Shown: positions 8,412-17,824 of the stretch, one piece after another
Position numbering within the stretch: the stretch's first letter is position 1
Layout of the letters: every line of letters starts with the position of its first letter
Origin: a bacterium
GTDB lineage: Bacteria > Hydrothermota > 32-111
Reading direction: 5' to 3'
Assembly (NCBI GenBank): GCA_050239825.1
Contig: JBFXGO010000024.1
Coordinates: forward strand, 2,783 to 35,532
DNA: 32,750 bases
The notes under the pieces: generated by a model
Databases searched by the model: none
Seen by the model: the letters and a program-made list of their open reading frames with translations, nothing else
Told to the model about the DNA's origin: nothing
Made by a program: the position numbers and the translations under genes

Positions 8412-10436
8412 TTATGGAAGAAGCGGTCCGAAGATGCCCTTATCCAGAGCGACTTCCGGTATATCTATAAGAGAGAGAGAGAAGTCATATTTGAAAGCAG
8501 ATGCGTATGTTGAAACTCTGAACAAGGCTCTCCAGCAGTGTATTGAGCGGTTCATAACAATTGAAGTGGAAATTATTTCCCTGTTAAGCATGTCGTATAG
8601 AATGCCCATCGTAAAATCAAGATTCTCTCCTATATCCATTCCGAGCGACCCGCTTAATCTGTCGGATGTCACTGCCGAGTCCGTCTTTTCAGTCGTATTG
8701 CCAAGAGATATTTTAAGTTTTTTTTCTGATAGAGGATTTTGAAGGTCAAGAGAGGCTGAGAGAGTGTATGAAATTCTATATTCCTCCGAGTAAGGATTTC
8801 TGCTTCCGTTTAAAATGAAGCTGACCGGTTTATCAGGCAGAAAGTGAAAATTCGCTCCGACAGACGAAAATGAATCAGTTGCCATGTTATAGCCTGTAGT
8901 AAAGGAATTTCTCAGAAGAATATCCTTGAACTCCCCGCGCTTTCCCTCAAAGAGATTGGTCAGTGAAAAATTCAACTTCCTAAAATCCGTTGAGGAATCA
9001 TCAAATGAAACAGAGTATGCCTCTCCAATCCAGTTTCTTCCCGCCGAAAATGAAATATCGGGAATTAGAGTGTGCCTGAATTTTTCATACATCAAAAATC
9101 CGAAGAGCGACACTCCGTAAACCTGTGCATTGAGACCTGATGAAACAGATGCATTAACTGAAGAAATGTCTGCGCCGGTGTTCATTGAATGATTCAGCGA
9201 GGCTGAAGGGCTGAGATTCACATATTTAAAAATTTTGTATGAAGTGTCAAATCTGTTGTTTAGTCCTGTAATAATGCTGTTTGTATCTGAAATTGAATCC
9301 GAATAGTAGGAGTTGTCAAATGAATGGGAATGGGAATAATTGATTCCGCCGGGGATGATGTTTTTAATTTTCGCAAAATTGACTTTGCGCGTATAACCGC
9401 TGTATGATGGAAGCTTCATCCTCACACTGTTGTCCGAAAAATCCTCATTTCTGGAAATTGACGCAATCAGGCTGTATGAAGTGAAATCCTTTGACAAAGA
9501 CAAAAAGGATTCGGCATTTCTTTTAAGAACCACAGCCGTCGTATCCGTATAGTCGGTGACAGTCGAGATGTCTGAAATGACATCCCACCTGCTCTTCAAA
9601 GAAATATCAGACGGAAGCATGTGGGTGTAAGACCCGTTGATGCTCCACCTCTTCCTTCCCGTGAGTTCGCTGATGTACTCTCCGTTGAGGGCAAGCGACA
9701 AGAGAGGAGAAACAAGAACATTGAGTTCATACCTGCCTGCTATGCCCCTAAGTTCGTAGAGGTCGACAGAAAATGTCATATCCGAAAAATCATTTGTTGC
9801 ATAAAAATAGGATATGTCTTTTAAATACTTTCCGTCGGATGCGCTGTAACCTGCCTTAGGCATGAGAAACCCGCTCTTTCTGGTTGTCGCAACAGGTAAA
9901 ACAAAGAATGGAACCGCCATAACAGGCACATTCTTGACGAACATCACAAAGGGACGCACTATCACTCTGTCGTTCTGGTACAGATGCATCTTGGAAGCAT
10001 AAAAAGAGTAATGCGGAGTATCGGACGAACATGTTGTGAAATGTCCGTTGTAAATGAAATATTCATTATCCTTTACTGCGAATATCCTCTCTCCAGTCAG
10101 ATACCCCTTGTCTATTTTCGTTTTAGCGCGAAAAATGGAGCCTTTCTTCGTATCATAATTGAATGCTACGGAATCTCCGACTATCTTGAAGTCATTCATG
10201 TTTAGGGTTATATTCCCCTTTCCAAAAAGCATCTTCTCTTCTTTTGAAATAAGAATCGTATCTCCGGAAAGATTAAAGTCTTTTGAATTTATCTCTATTG
10301 AGTCGCAGAGCAGTATAGATTTTATTTCATTGTCATATATAATCGTCTCTGCCTTATATTCTATTTTTCCCGCAGAAATCAGCACCGGCAGAAGAGCCAG
10401 TGCCGCAATTAAAAGAAGCTCAGGTCTTCGCTTCAT
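8412..10436 (-). CDS. lptD: LPS-assembly protein LptD-like
   Basis: Signal peptide; OstA-like N-terminal region; GHFTTC...PHYSF; P..VPFFVLP...RKSGFLMP; beta-strand-rich body; RSIHCW near the C-terminus. Confidence 0.8.
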   Translation of the reverse strand: MKRRPELLLIAALALLPVLISAGKIEYKAETIIYDNEIKSILLCDSIEINSKDFNLSGDTILISKEEKMLFGKGNITLNMNDFKIVGDSVAFNYDTKKGSIFRAKTKIDKGYLTGERIFAVKDNEYFIYNGHFTTCSSDTPHYSFYASKMHLYQNDRVIVRPFVMFVKNVPVMAVPFFVLPVATTRKSGFLMPKAGYSASDGKYLKDISYFYATNDFSDMTFSVDLYELRGIAGRYELNVLVSPLLSLALNGEYISELTGRKRWSINGSYTHMLPSDISLKSRWDVISDISTVTDYTDTTAVVLKRNAESFLSLSKDFTSYSLIASISRNEDFSDNSVRMKLPSYSGYTRKVNFAKIKNIIPGGINYSHSHSFDNSYYSDSISDTNSIITGLNNRFDTSYKIFKYVNLSPSASLNHSMNTGADISSVNASVSSGLNAQVYGVSLFGFLMYEKFRHTLIPDISFSAGRNWIGEAYSVSFDDSSTDFRKLNFSLTNLFEGKRGEFKDILLRNSFTTGYNMATDSFSSVGANFHFLPDKPVSFILNGSRNPYSEEYRISYTLSASLDLQNPLSEKKLKISLGNTTEKTDSAVTSDRLSGSLGMDIGENLDFTMGILYDMLNREIISTSIVMNRSIHCWRALFRVSTYASAFKYDFSLSLIDIPEVALDKGIFGPLLP

Positions 10437-10890
10437 CCTTTTCTGTGTACATTAAAAGAATTAGAAGACAGACTCCGATGAAAACAGACGTATCTGCAAT
10501 ATTGAAAATCGCAAATCTGTGCCTGCCGATGCCAAAATCAAGAAAATCTATCACTTCCCGGTATTTGAATCTGTCGAATCCGTTTCCGAAAGCCCCGCCG
10601 ATTATCATAGAGAGTCCGATTATCTTAGGTTTGTAAAAATTTGTCTTTTGGAAATATACTATCACAAAAATAACTGCGATAGCCGATAGAAACATCATTA
10701 CCCAGTATCCTCCAAAATTAATAGAGAATGCGGCATACGGATTTCTAACATAAGTGAATCGGAAAAAGTTGCCGATAACTTCTGTGGACTGCCCTTCAAA
10801 CATATTTTTTGAAATCAGTATTTTGGATAGTCGGTCAAAAAACAATACCGTCAAAGCCACGGGAATACCGAGAAGAATTTTTTTCTTCAT
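10420..10890 (-). CDS. lspA: Lipoprotein signal peptidase II
   Basis: NPYAAFS, GGAFGNGFDR, VIDFLD, FNIAD motifs. Confidence 0.95.
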   Translation of the reverse strand: MKKKILLGIPVALTVLFFDRLSKILISKNMFEGQSTEVIGNFFRFTYVRNPYAAFSINFGGYWVMMFLSAIAVIFVIVYFQKTNFYKPKIIGLSMIIGGAFGNGFDRFKYREVIDFLDFGIGRHRFAIFNIADTSVFIGVCLLILLMYTEKDEAKT

Positions 10891-11252
10891 TTTTTTATAA
10901 TTTTATCCGAACATTTCAAGCAGAGTTTTGCGTAAGGAATCGCCTTAAGCCTCTTCTCCACAATCTCTTCTCCGCAAAGCTCGCAAACTCCATAGGTATT
11001 GTCCGACACCTTCTGCAACGCTGAATCAATTTCCCTTATCTCTTCCATGACCTTGTTCATATTGATTGTATTTCGCTCCAGCATTGCCGCGTCTGTTCCG
11101 ATATCGGCGCTGTGATACGGATAGGTTGATGTCTCCGAATTGTTGTAGTCATTTGAATTCAACTGCTCTTCATATCCTGTAAGAATCTTCTCCTTATCCT
11201 GCTTCAACTTTTTAAGGAGTTCCTCAAACTGCTTTTTTGTTTTCTTGTCCAT
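10887..11252 (-). CDS. TraR/DksA C4 zinc-finger protein (YteA-like)
   Basis: Coiled coil with HSADIGTD tip; YGVCELCGEEI...RLKAIPYAKLCLKC. Confidence 0.9.
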   Translation of the reverse strand: MDKKTKKQFEELLKKLKQDKEKILTGYEEQLNSNDYNNSETSTYPYHSADIGTDAAMLERNTINMNKVMEEIREIDSALQKVSDNTYGVCELCGEEIVEKRLKAIPYAKLCLKCSDKIIKK

Positions 11253-14006
11253 TTATACCTCCGCTTTTACTGCCTCAGCGCATTTTTCGCAGAGCTGGGG
11301 ATGTTTGGCATCATGCCCGACCGTATCAAGGTACAACCAGCATCTCGCGCATTTTTCGCCTTCTGCTTTTTCTGCCTTTAATGCGTAGGATAGTTTCCTG
11401 TCCTGAAACTCCTCGCCGGATTCGTTGTTTATATTCACATTGGATACTATGAAAATCTGACTAAGTATGTCTTTGTATTTCTCAAACAGAGACCTTGTCT
11501 CTTCATTATGAGGATTCAAACAGATGTTTGCTTCAACAGACTTTCCGATAATTCCGCTGTTGCGCATTTTTTCAAGAGACATCAGGGCATTTCCTCTAAC
11601 CGAAAGAATGAATTCAAAATCATCTTCTATTCCGGCATCGATGTAGGAATTCATCCTTTCATTCACCACTTCCATGTGCACGGATTTCTTTTTGTTCGGC
11701 TTTTTAAAATGCATATACGCCTGCTCCGCAGTAAACGGAAGAATTGGAGCTATCTGCTTCAACATATCGTCAAGCAGGAGATATACCGTATATAATCCAG
11801 ATTTTCTCTCAGATGAGCTGTTTGAATATGTGTAGAGTCTGTCCTTTAGAACATCAAGGTAAAATGAAGACATGTCATTAACTATGAAATTGTAGAATTC
11901 TCTGAATACCTTGTGGAACTCATACCCGTCATAGTATTCAAGTATTCTCTTTCTCGTATGCGCATACCTGCTTAAAATGTATCTGTCAAGTTTGTGCATT
12001 TTATCTTTTTCAATTTCAATCTTTGAAAGGTCATTCTCGCCGAGATTTCCGAGCATGAATCTTATCGTGTTTCTTATCTTGAAGTAAGTGTCAAGAGATG
12101 TTTTCAGCAGTTCCTCTCCGAAAGGAGCATCAGATGTATAATCAATAGATGAAAACCAAAGCCGAATTATCTCCGCACCGTACTTTTTGCATATCATTTC
12201 AGGAGAGAAGACATTACCGAGGGATTTTGACATCTTCTTCATATTTTTGTCAAGAATCAATCCATGAGTCAGGACCTCATTGTATGGAGCCCTGTCATCT
12301 GTGGCGGTTGAAACTATGAGAGAGACCTGGAACCATCCTCTGTGCTGGTCAACAGCTTCAAGGTAGAGGTCTGCCGGCCAGCGGAGCTCGGGGCGTTTTT
12401 TTACAACTGCCGAATGGCTTAGAGCAGAATCAAACCAGACATCAAATATGTTTGTTTCTTTTTCAAACTCTCCGGAACCGCATTTTTCGCATTTTATCTC
12501 TCCGACAAGATCTTTCACCTCTTTTTCAAACCAGATATCAGAACCATATTTTAAAACTTCGTCGCGCACTTTGTCTATGGTTGCTTTGTTGATATGCGGT
12601 GTTGAGCACTTTTTGCAGTATAAAACCGGAAGAGGCACTCCCCATGAGCGTTGACGCGACAAACACCAGTCGGGTCTCGTCTTCACCATGTTGTAAATTC
12701 TTTCTTTTGACCATCCCGGAATCCATTTCGTGTTGTCAATTTCCGTAAGAAGCCTCTCTCTGAGATCAGCATTCTCAACATTGAGGAACCACTGCTCTGT
12801 CGCGCGGAAAATCAGCTCGCTTTTGCATCTCCAGCAGACAGGGTAAGAGTGAGTGAATTTTTCTTCGAATATAAGGCTTCCCTCTGCCTTGAGGTCTTCA
12901 ATTATCAAGGCATTTGCCTTGAAGACATTTATCCCTGCATATTTTCCGACAGACTGAGAAAATGTGCCGTCTTTTTCAACCGGAGAAACTATATCAAGGT
13001 TGAATTTTATTCCGGCCTGATAGTCGTCATATCCGTGTCCCGGAGCGATATGAACAATTCCTGTCCCTGTATCCGTTGTAACGAAATCCGCTGTTATAAC
13101 TCTTCCTTTTTTGCTTTTGTCTATCGGATGAGTATAGATTCTATCGAGATAATCGGAAGCCTTTGTCTCCTTTACTATCTTCATTCCGGAGTCATTCAGC
13201 TTTGTCTTTACGGACTCAAGCATCTTCTTCATCAAAACAAGATTTCCGAATGAAGATTCGACCTCTATGTATGTTTCTTCCGGATGAAGCGCAACCGCGA
13301 CATTGGCAGGCAAAGTCCACGGAGTGGTAGTCCAGATTAAAAAGAATTTGTTTTCATTAGCCCATTTAAATTTTACAAAGACTGACGGGGATTCTTTATC
13401 CTCATACTCTATTTCGTTTCCCGCAAGAGCGGTCTGGCACCTCATGCACCAATGTATCGGCCTCAGTCCCCTGTATATGTATCCCTTCTCAACCAGTTTT
13501 CCGAAATTATCTATAATATCCGATTCGTAGATATTGGACATTGTGATATATGGATTTTCCCAGTCGCCGAATACTCCAAGACGCTTGAACTCGCCCTTCT
13601 GCGTGTTTACGAATTTGTCGGCATACTCTCTGCATTTTTTTCTCAGTTCAAGTTTTGATATCTCCTTTATCTTTGGACCCAAATCCTTTGTCACATTATG
13701 CTCTATCGGCATACCATGGCAATCCCATCCGGGAATGTATGGGGTTCTGTATCCGCGTATGTTTTTATATTTGATTATGAAATCCTTGAGTATCTTATTG
13801 AATGCGGTTCCAATATGAATATGTCCGTTTGCATAAGGCGGACCGTCATGAAGCACATACAATTCGCTGTCCTTTCTCTCTTCAAGAAGAACTTTGTATA
13901 TATCCATTTCATCCCAGTATTTTTGTATCTCCAGCTCCATTACCGGAAGATTCGCCTTCATCGGAAAATCTGTTTTTGGCAGATTGAGAGTCGTTTTGTA
14001 TTCCAT
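11253..14006 (-). CDS. ileS: Isoleucine--tRNA ligase (type 1)
   Basis: HDGPPYANG, HIGT (HIGH variant), GWDCHGMP, WTTTPWT, DWCLSRQR, KMSKS, C-terminal CARC...CEKC zinc finger. Confidence 0.98.
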   Translation of the reverse strand: MEYKTTLNLPKTDFPMKANLPVMELEIQKYWDEMDIYKVLLEERKDSELYVLHDGPPYANGHIHIGTAFNKILKDFIIKYKNIRGYRTPYIPGWDCHGMPIEHNVTKDLGPKIKEISKLELRKKCREYADKFVNTQKGEFKRLGVFGDWENPYITMSNIYESDIIDNFGKLVEKGYIYRGLRPIHWCMRCQTALAGNEIEYEDKESPSVFVKFKWANENKFFLIWTTTPWTLPANVAVALHPEETYIEVESSFGNLVLMKKMLESVKTKLNDSGMKIVKETKASDYLDRIYTHPIDKSKKGRVITADFVTTDTGTGIVHIAPGHGYDDYQAGIKFNLDIVSPVEKDGTFSQSVGKYAGINVFKANALIIEDLKAEGSLIFEEKFTHSYPVCWRCKSELIFRATEQWFLNVENADLRERLLTEIDNTKWIPGWSKERIYNMVKTRPDWCLSRQRSWGVPLPVLYCKKCSTPHINKATIDKVRDEVLKYGSDIWFEKEVKDLVGEIKCEKCGSGEFEKETNIFDVWFDSALSHSAVVKKRPELRWPADLYLEAVDQHRGWFQVSLIVSTATDDRAPYNEVLTHGLILDKNMKKMSKSLGNVFSPEMICKKYGAEIIRLWFSSIDYTSDAPFGEELLKTSLDTYFKIRNTIRFMLGNLGENDLSKIEIEKDKMHKLDRYILSRYAHTRKRILEYYDGYEFHKVFREFYNFIVNDMSSFYLDVLKDRLYTYSNSSSERKSGLYTVYLLLDDMLKQIAPILPFTAEQAYMHFKKPNKKKSVHMEVVNERMNSYIDAGIEDDFEFILSVRGNALMSLEKMRNSGIIGKSVEANICLNPHNEETRSLFEKYKDILSQIFIVSNVNINNESGEEFQDRKLSYALKAEKAEGEKCARCWLYLDTVGHDAKHPQLCEKCAEAVKAEV

Positions 14007-14632
14007 TAATCCTCCGTTCCGAAGAGCCTGTCTCCCGCGTCGCCGAGTCCGGGGAGTATGAATCCGTTTTCATTGAGTTTTTCGTCTATCGCAACTGTAT
14101 AGATGTCCAGCCACAGGCACTTTTCCCTCACTGACTTTATGCCCTCCGGAGCAGATATCACGCTTATAGCGGCTCTGGGCTTCACATTGTACCCTGCAAG
14201 TATCTCCACTGTCTTTATTATCGACCCTCCGGTCGCCAGCATCGGGTCAAGAATGAATATTTCATATTCATCCATCTTCTTTGGAAGGTTTATGTAGTAG
14301 GTTATAGGCTTCAAAATATGCTCATCTCTCTTCAATCCTATCATGCCGATGTGGGTTCTGGGATAAAATCTTCTTATAAGAGGCACCATTCCCATTCCCG
14401 CTCTTAGAATCGGAACAAGCAGAATTTCATTCTTGAGTATGGGACTTTCAATTTCACAGAAGGGGGTCGATATTTTTGTTTTCTTTACCGCAAGATTTTT
14501 TGATGCCTCATGAAAAAGCATCAAAGAGAGTTCTTCAAGCTTTCTTGAAAATTTATTTGAAGCTGTCTCTTTATTCCTCATTACCGTGAGTTTTTCAAGA
14601 GCCATGGGGTGATTTATTTCATAAATTGCCAT
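14006..14632 (-). CDS. upp: Uracil phosphoribosyltransferase
   Basis: VPILRAGMGM, LDPMLATGGS, PGLGDAGDR. Confidence 0.97.
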   Translation of the reverse strand: MAIYEINHPMALEKLTVMRNKETASNKFSRKLEELSLMLFHEASKNLAVKKTKISTPFCEIESPILKNEILLVPILRAGMGMVPLIRRFYPRTHIGMIGLKRDEHILKPITYYINLPKKMDEYEIFILDPMLATGGSIIKTVEILAGYNVKPRAAISVISAPEGIKSVREKCLWLDIYTVAIDEKLNENGFILPGLGDAGDRLFGTED

Positions 14633-14646
14633 TATGTCTCCTTGTT

Positions 14647-15336
14647 CTATTTTACCAGATTAAGGTAAGGTCTGACTTTTTCGCTTTTCGGATTTATCTT
14701 TAAAACTTCATTCCACTCCCTCTTTGCATCTGTCATCCTCTTGCTTTTGTAATAAACAAGCCCGAGAAGAAAGTGCGCCTCTTCAAGATTCTTGTTGAGC
14801 TCTATAGCTTTTCTAAGATAAAGGACAGCATTGGCATATTTGTTTGCATTCATATATGTGCGAGCAATTTTTATTTTTATGTCGGCATAGTTTTCCGCTA
14901 TTTTGTCTGCCTTCTTATAAGCTTCAACAGCATCGGAGAAATTTCCTATATCCGAGTATATGTCACCAAGGTCAATATGCGTCTTTACAAGTTTTTCTTT
15001 TATGCCATATCCGCTTTTGCCCTTCTTTTTCTCAAGCTTGGAGGCAGAATCAAACTCTTCTGCCGCCTCCTTAAGTTTACCCATCTCATTGTATGTAAGA
15101 GCAAGATTCAGATGAGCTTCTATGTATTCCCCGTTCAGCCTTATTGCCTCTTTGAATTCACTCTCCGCCTCATTGAGGTCTCCGAGAAAATTGTAGCAGA
15201 GTCCGAGATAATTTCTCAGGTCAGGCCAGTCGGAATGGTCTTTCAATGCATTAAGCAGAGTAAAGAGCGCCTTCTTATATTGCCCTTTGTCAAGCAGCTC
15301 CTTGCCCTTTTTGACAAGTTCATCGCTTTTTTTCAT
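14647..15336 (-). CDS. Tetratricopeptide repeat protein
   Basis: Several TPR units (NYLGLCY...A..EF..A; AHLNLALTY; AHFLLGLVY...A..EW..VLKINP). Confidence 0.9.
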   Translation of the reverse strand: MKKSDELVKKGKELLDKGQYKKALFTLLNALKDHSDWPDLRNYLGLCYNFLGDLNEAESEFKEAIRLNGEYIEAHLNLALTYNEMGKLKEAAEEFDSASKLEKKKGKSGYGIKEKLVKTHIDLGDIYSDIGNFSDAVEAYKKADKIAENYADIKIKIARTYMNANKYANAVLYLRKAIELNKNLEEAHFLLGLVYYKSKRMTDAKREWNEVLKINPKSEKVRPYLNLVK

Positions 15337-15366
15337 ACATACCCCTTATAAAAATTTTAGCGCTGT

Positions 15367-15395
15367 ATTATAGCATATATAATATATAAAATCAA
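15367..15395 (-). promoter_or_regulatory. Putative sigma70 promoter of the TPR-upp-ileS run
   Basis: Minus strand TTGATT(15395-15390)-17 nt-TATAAT(15372-15367) with extended -10 TGn. Confidence 0.65.
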
Positions 15396-15409
15396 CGAGT
15401 TATTTCGTA

Positions 15410-15444
15410 TTGCATTATCTTCGGCTCTGATGTAAAATATCGGC
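15410..15444 (+). promoter_or_regulatory. Putative sigma70 promoter for a leaderless AlkD-like mRNA
   Basis: TTGCAT(15410-15415)-17 nt-TAAAAT(15433-15438)-6 nt-ATG(15445). No SD. Confidence 0.6.
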
Positions 15445-16149
15445 ATGAAAAGAGGTGAAAACAGTGTTATTAAGGAGCTCAAGCTTCTCAAAAATGAGGA
15501 GAAGGCGATAATACTCAAAAGATTCTTCAAAACAGGGAAGGGAGAATACGGAGAGGGAGGTGTTTTTTGGGGCATTCAGGTACCTTTATTGAAGAGAATC
15601 GCGGCAACTCATATAAACGACGGACTTGATGCGGTCGAGAAGCTTCTTGGGAGCGAAGTCCACGAAGTAAGGTTCACAGCATTGCAGATTCTTGTTAATA
15701 AGTATGAGAAGACCCCATCAGAGAGAGATGATGTGTATAAAATTTATCTCAGAAATACAAAACGAATAAACAACTGGGACCTTGTTGACTGCTCATGCTA
15801 CAAGATAGCCGGAGAGCATCTGCTTAAAAGAAAACGGAATATTCTCTATTCTCTGGCGAAATCGGAGAACCTCTGGGAGAGAAGAATTTCCATAGTATCG
15901 ACCTTCCGTTTTATACAAAACAGAGAGCATGAAGATACTTTAAAGATTTCGGAACTGCTTCTTGAAGACAAGCATGACCTGATGCACAAGGCAGTGGGAT
16001 GGATGCTCAGGGAGGTAGGAAAGAGAGTAGGTCAGGATAAGGAGGAATTGTTCCTCAAAAAACATTACAAGAAAATGCCGCGCACTATGCTTAGATACTC
16101 TATTGAGCATTTTCCGAAAGAATTAAAAAAGTTTTACATGAAAAAGTAA
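15445..16149 (+). CDS. DNA alkylation repair protein (AlkD-like HEAT-repeat glycosylase)
   Basis: RFFKTGKGEYGEG, INNWDLVD, NLWERR, HKAVGWMLREVGK, MPRTMLRYSIE. Confidence 0.93.
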   Translation: MKRGENSVIKELKLLKNEEKAIILKRFFKTGKGEYGEGGVFWGIQVPLLKRIAATHINDGLDAVEKLLGSEVHEVRFTALQILVNKYEKTPSERDDVYKIYLRNTKRINNWDLVDCSCYKIAGEHLLKRKRNILYSLAKSENLWERRISIVSTFRFIQNREHEDTLKISELLLEDKHDLMHKAVGWMLREVGKRVGQDKEELFLKKHYKKMPRTMLRYSIEHFPKELKKFYMKK

Positions 16150-16174
16150 AAGGCGTCCATTGGGCGCCTTTCTT
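16148..16174. terminator. Hairpin terminator after the AlkD-like gene, possibly bidirectional
   Basis: AAAAGGCGTCC-ATT-GGGCGCCTTTCTT, flanked by short A and T runs. Confidence 0.7.
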
Positions 16175-16249
16175 CAAAAAGATTATTTTCTTGTTATATA
16201 AGTGAAGTAAACATCCGCATCATAGAGAGAAGCATCTCCGTCAATAATC

Positions 16250-16522
16250 GATAGTGGCTCTCCTGTCAAGACACGAGATTTTGATAGATTGTGTTTATTG
16301 TTAAGCTGTTTGAACATTTGTAATACCTCCATAAACTTCAGATGGAGTTTTGTATTTTTATGATTGATGCTCTCTTTTATATTTTTTAATATCAACCTCA
16401 CTTATTGCCTCCAGCGCCACTCTCGCCTTGAATCCCGATTTGTGTCTCTTGTAGTCCGTTTCTGCCTCCTTTTTTAACACATTCTACCACTAAATCGTGT
16501 CTCATTTCAACAGGCCATTATC
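16250..16522 (-). mobile_element. Internally deleted, non-autonomous IS3-family element (MITE-like remnant)
   Basis: Imperfect terminal inverted repeats GATAGTGGC...AGACACGA (16250-16276) and GATAATGGC...AGACACGA (16522-16495, minus strand). The interior carries fragments resembling the OrfA N-terminus and the OrfB C-terminus. Confidence 0.8.
16301..16459 (-). pseudogene. IS3-family transposase remnant (OrfA N-terminus joined to OrfB C-terminus)
   Basis: After SD AGGAGG, with ACG in place of ATG: TDYKRHKSGFKARVALEAI-SEVDIKKYKREHQS*KYKTPSEVYGG. This matches OrfA 'FKAKVALEA' and OrfB 'R.HQSL.Y.TP.EVY'. Confidence 0.8.
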
Positions 16523-16526
16523 GTCG

Positions 16527-16556
16527 AAAAAAGGGCGGATTTGTCTTCCGCCCTTT
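16527..16556 (-). terminator. Rho-independent terminator after the DUF1015 gene
   Basis: Minus strand AAAGGGCGGA-loop-TCCGCCC followed by 6 T. Confidence 0.85.
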
Positions 16557-16565
16557 ATATTCATT

Positions 16566-17810
16566 TTATGACAGCTTATGTATCACTATTCCGCTTCTAA
16601 GCTTGGGTTCAAACCATGTCGATTTAGGCGGCATCACCTTCCCAGTGTCAGAGACATTCATGAGCTGTTCCATTGAAGTGGGATAGAGCGCAAATGCTAT
16701 TTTATACTCTTTTGAATCAACAAGGCGCTTCAATTCTTCTATTCCTCTTATTCCGCCAATGAAATTTATCCTCTTGTCGGTTCTCGGATTCTTTATTCCG
16801 AGAAGTGGGTCAAGAATATTCTCCTGAAGTATGGAAACATCGAGGGATTTTATGAAGTCGCGCCTGTCAATTATCTCGTCCTTAGCCCGTATTGTGTACC
16901 ATTCACCTTCTATGTACATTGTGAAATCATGCAGTTTTACGGGTTTCTGCATCAGCTTTATCCTCGTAACGTTGAAGTTCTTCTCGACCTTCCTTAAAAA
17001 AACATCCTTTGTCATTCCGTTGAGGTCCTTAACAACCCTGTTGTAATCCATTATCATCATCTCATCGTCCGGAAATATAACGGAAAGAAAGTAGTTGTAT
17101 TCGGCATCCTTTGATTTCACTTTTTCTTCCTTTCGTCTCTTAAGCGCTATTCGCGTAGCGGCGGCAGAGCGGTGATGACCATCCGCAACATAGAGAGTAT
17201 CAATCTTTGCAAACGCTTTCACTATTGCGTCTATAGTCTTTTTGTCTTTCACCACATACAGTATGTGGCGCACATTTAATTCGTCAGTGAAATCGTACTC
17301 GGGATTGTTGTCTTTTATCGCTCTTTCAACCATCTCATTTACATCGTCTCTCTTTCTGTATGTCAGGAATACGCATCCTGTATTCGCATCAACAGTATCA
17401 ATGTGCATTGCGCGTTCTATCTCCTTGTCCTCACGCGTATTCTCATGCTTCTTTATCACATCGTTTATGTAGTCCTCGACGGAAGCCGCCGCAACAATTC
17501 CGGTCTGCGTGTGTTTTCCCATCGTCTGTCTGTAAATATAGAAGCATTCATCCTTATCCTGAAACATCACTCTCTCTTTAAGGAGCTTTTCCAGATTTTC
17601 CCTTCCTTTGTCGAATATCCTCTGGTCATGCACATCATATGAGTCGGGACAGTCAATCTCGGATTTCTCTACATGAAGGAATGAATATTTATTCTTCTTT
17701 ACCATTTCGCGCGCCTCTTTCACGCTGAGAGTGTCATAGGGCGGTGCGCAGACCTCTTTTGCCTTTTCTTTTACAGGTCTTATTCCTCTGAAGGGTTTTA
17801 TTAATGCCAT
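16566..17810 (-). CDS. DUF1015 family protein
   Basis: IKPFRGIRP, APPYD, IKKHENTR, YVADGHHR, MPPKSTWFEPKLRSG. Start ATG 17810 behind SD AGGAG. Confidence 0.93.
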   Translation of the reverse strand: MALIKPFRGIRPVKEKAKEVCAPPYDTLSVKEAREMVKKNKYSFLHVEKSEIDCPDSYDVHDQRIFDKGRENLEKLLKERVMFQDKDECFYIYRQTMGKHTQTGIVAAASVEDYINDVIKKHENTREDKEIERAMHIDTVDANTGCVFLTYRKRDDVNEMVERAIKDNNPEYDFTDELNVRHILYVVKDKKTIDAIVKAFAKIDTLYVADGHHRSAAATRIALKRRKEEKVKSKDAEYNYFLSVIFPDDEMMIMDYNRVVKDLNGMTKDVFLRKVEKNFNVTRIKLMQKPVKLHDFTMYIEGEWYTIRAKDEIIDRRDFIKSLDVSILQENILDPLLGIKNPRTDKRINFIGGIRGIEELKRLVDSKEYKIAFALYPTSMEQLMNVSDTGKVMPPKSTWFEPKLRSGIVIHKLS

Positions 17811-17824
17811 AATTTCTCCTTTTT

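Noticed and set aside
14006..14030. T-box leader upstream of ileS
   Set aside because: The ileS start overlaps the upp stop (TAATG), leaving no room for a leader.
16183..16401. 72-aa minus-strand ORF as a real gene
   Set aside because: It starts inside the IS3 remnant in a non-transposase frame and reads through the inverted repeat; at most its last ~21 codons may be a gene relic.
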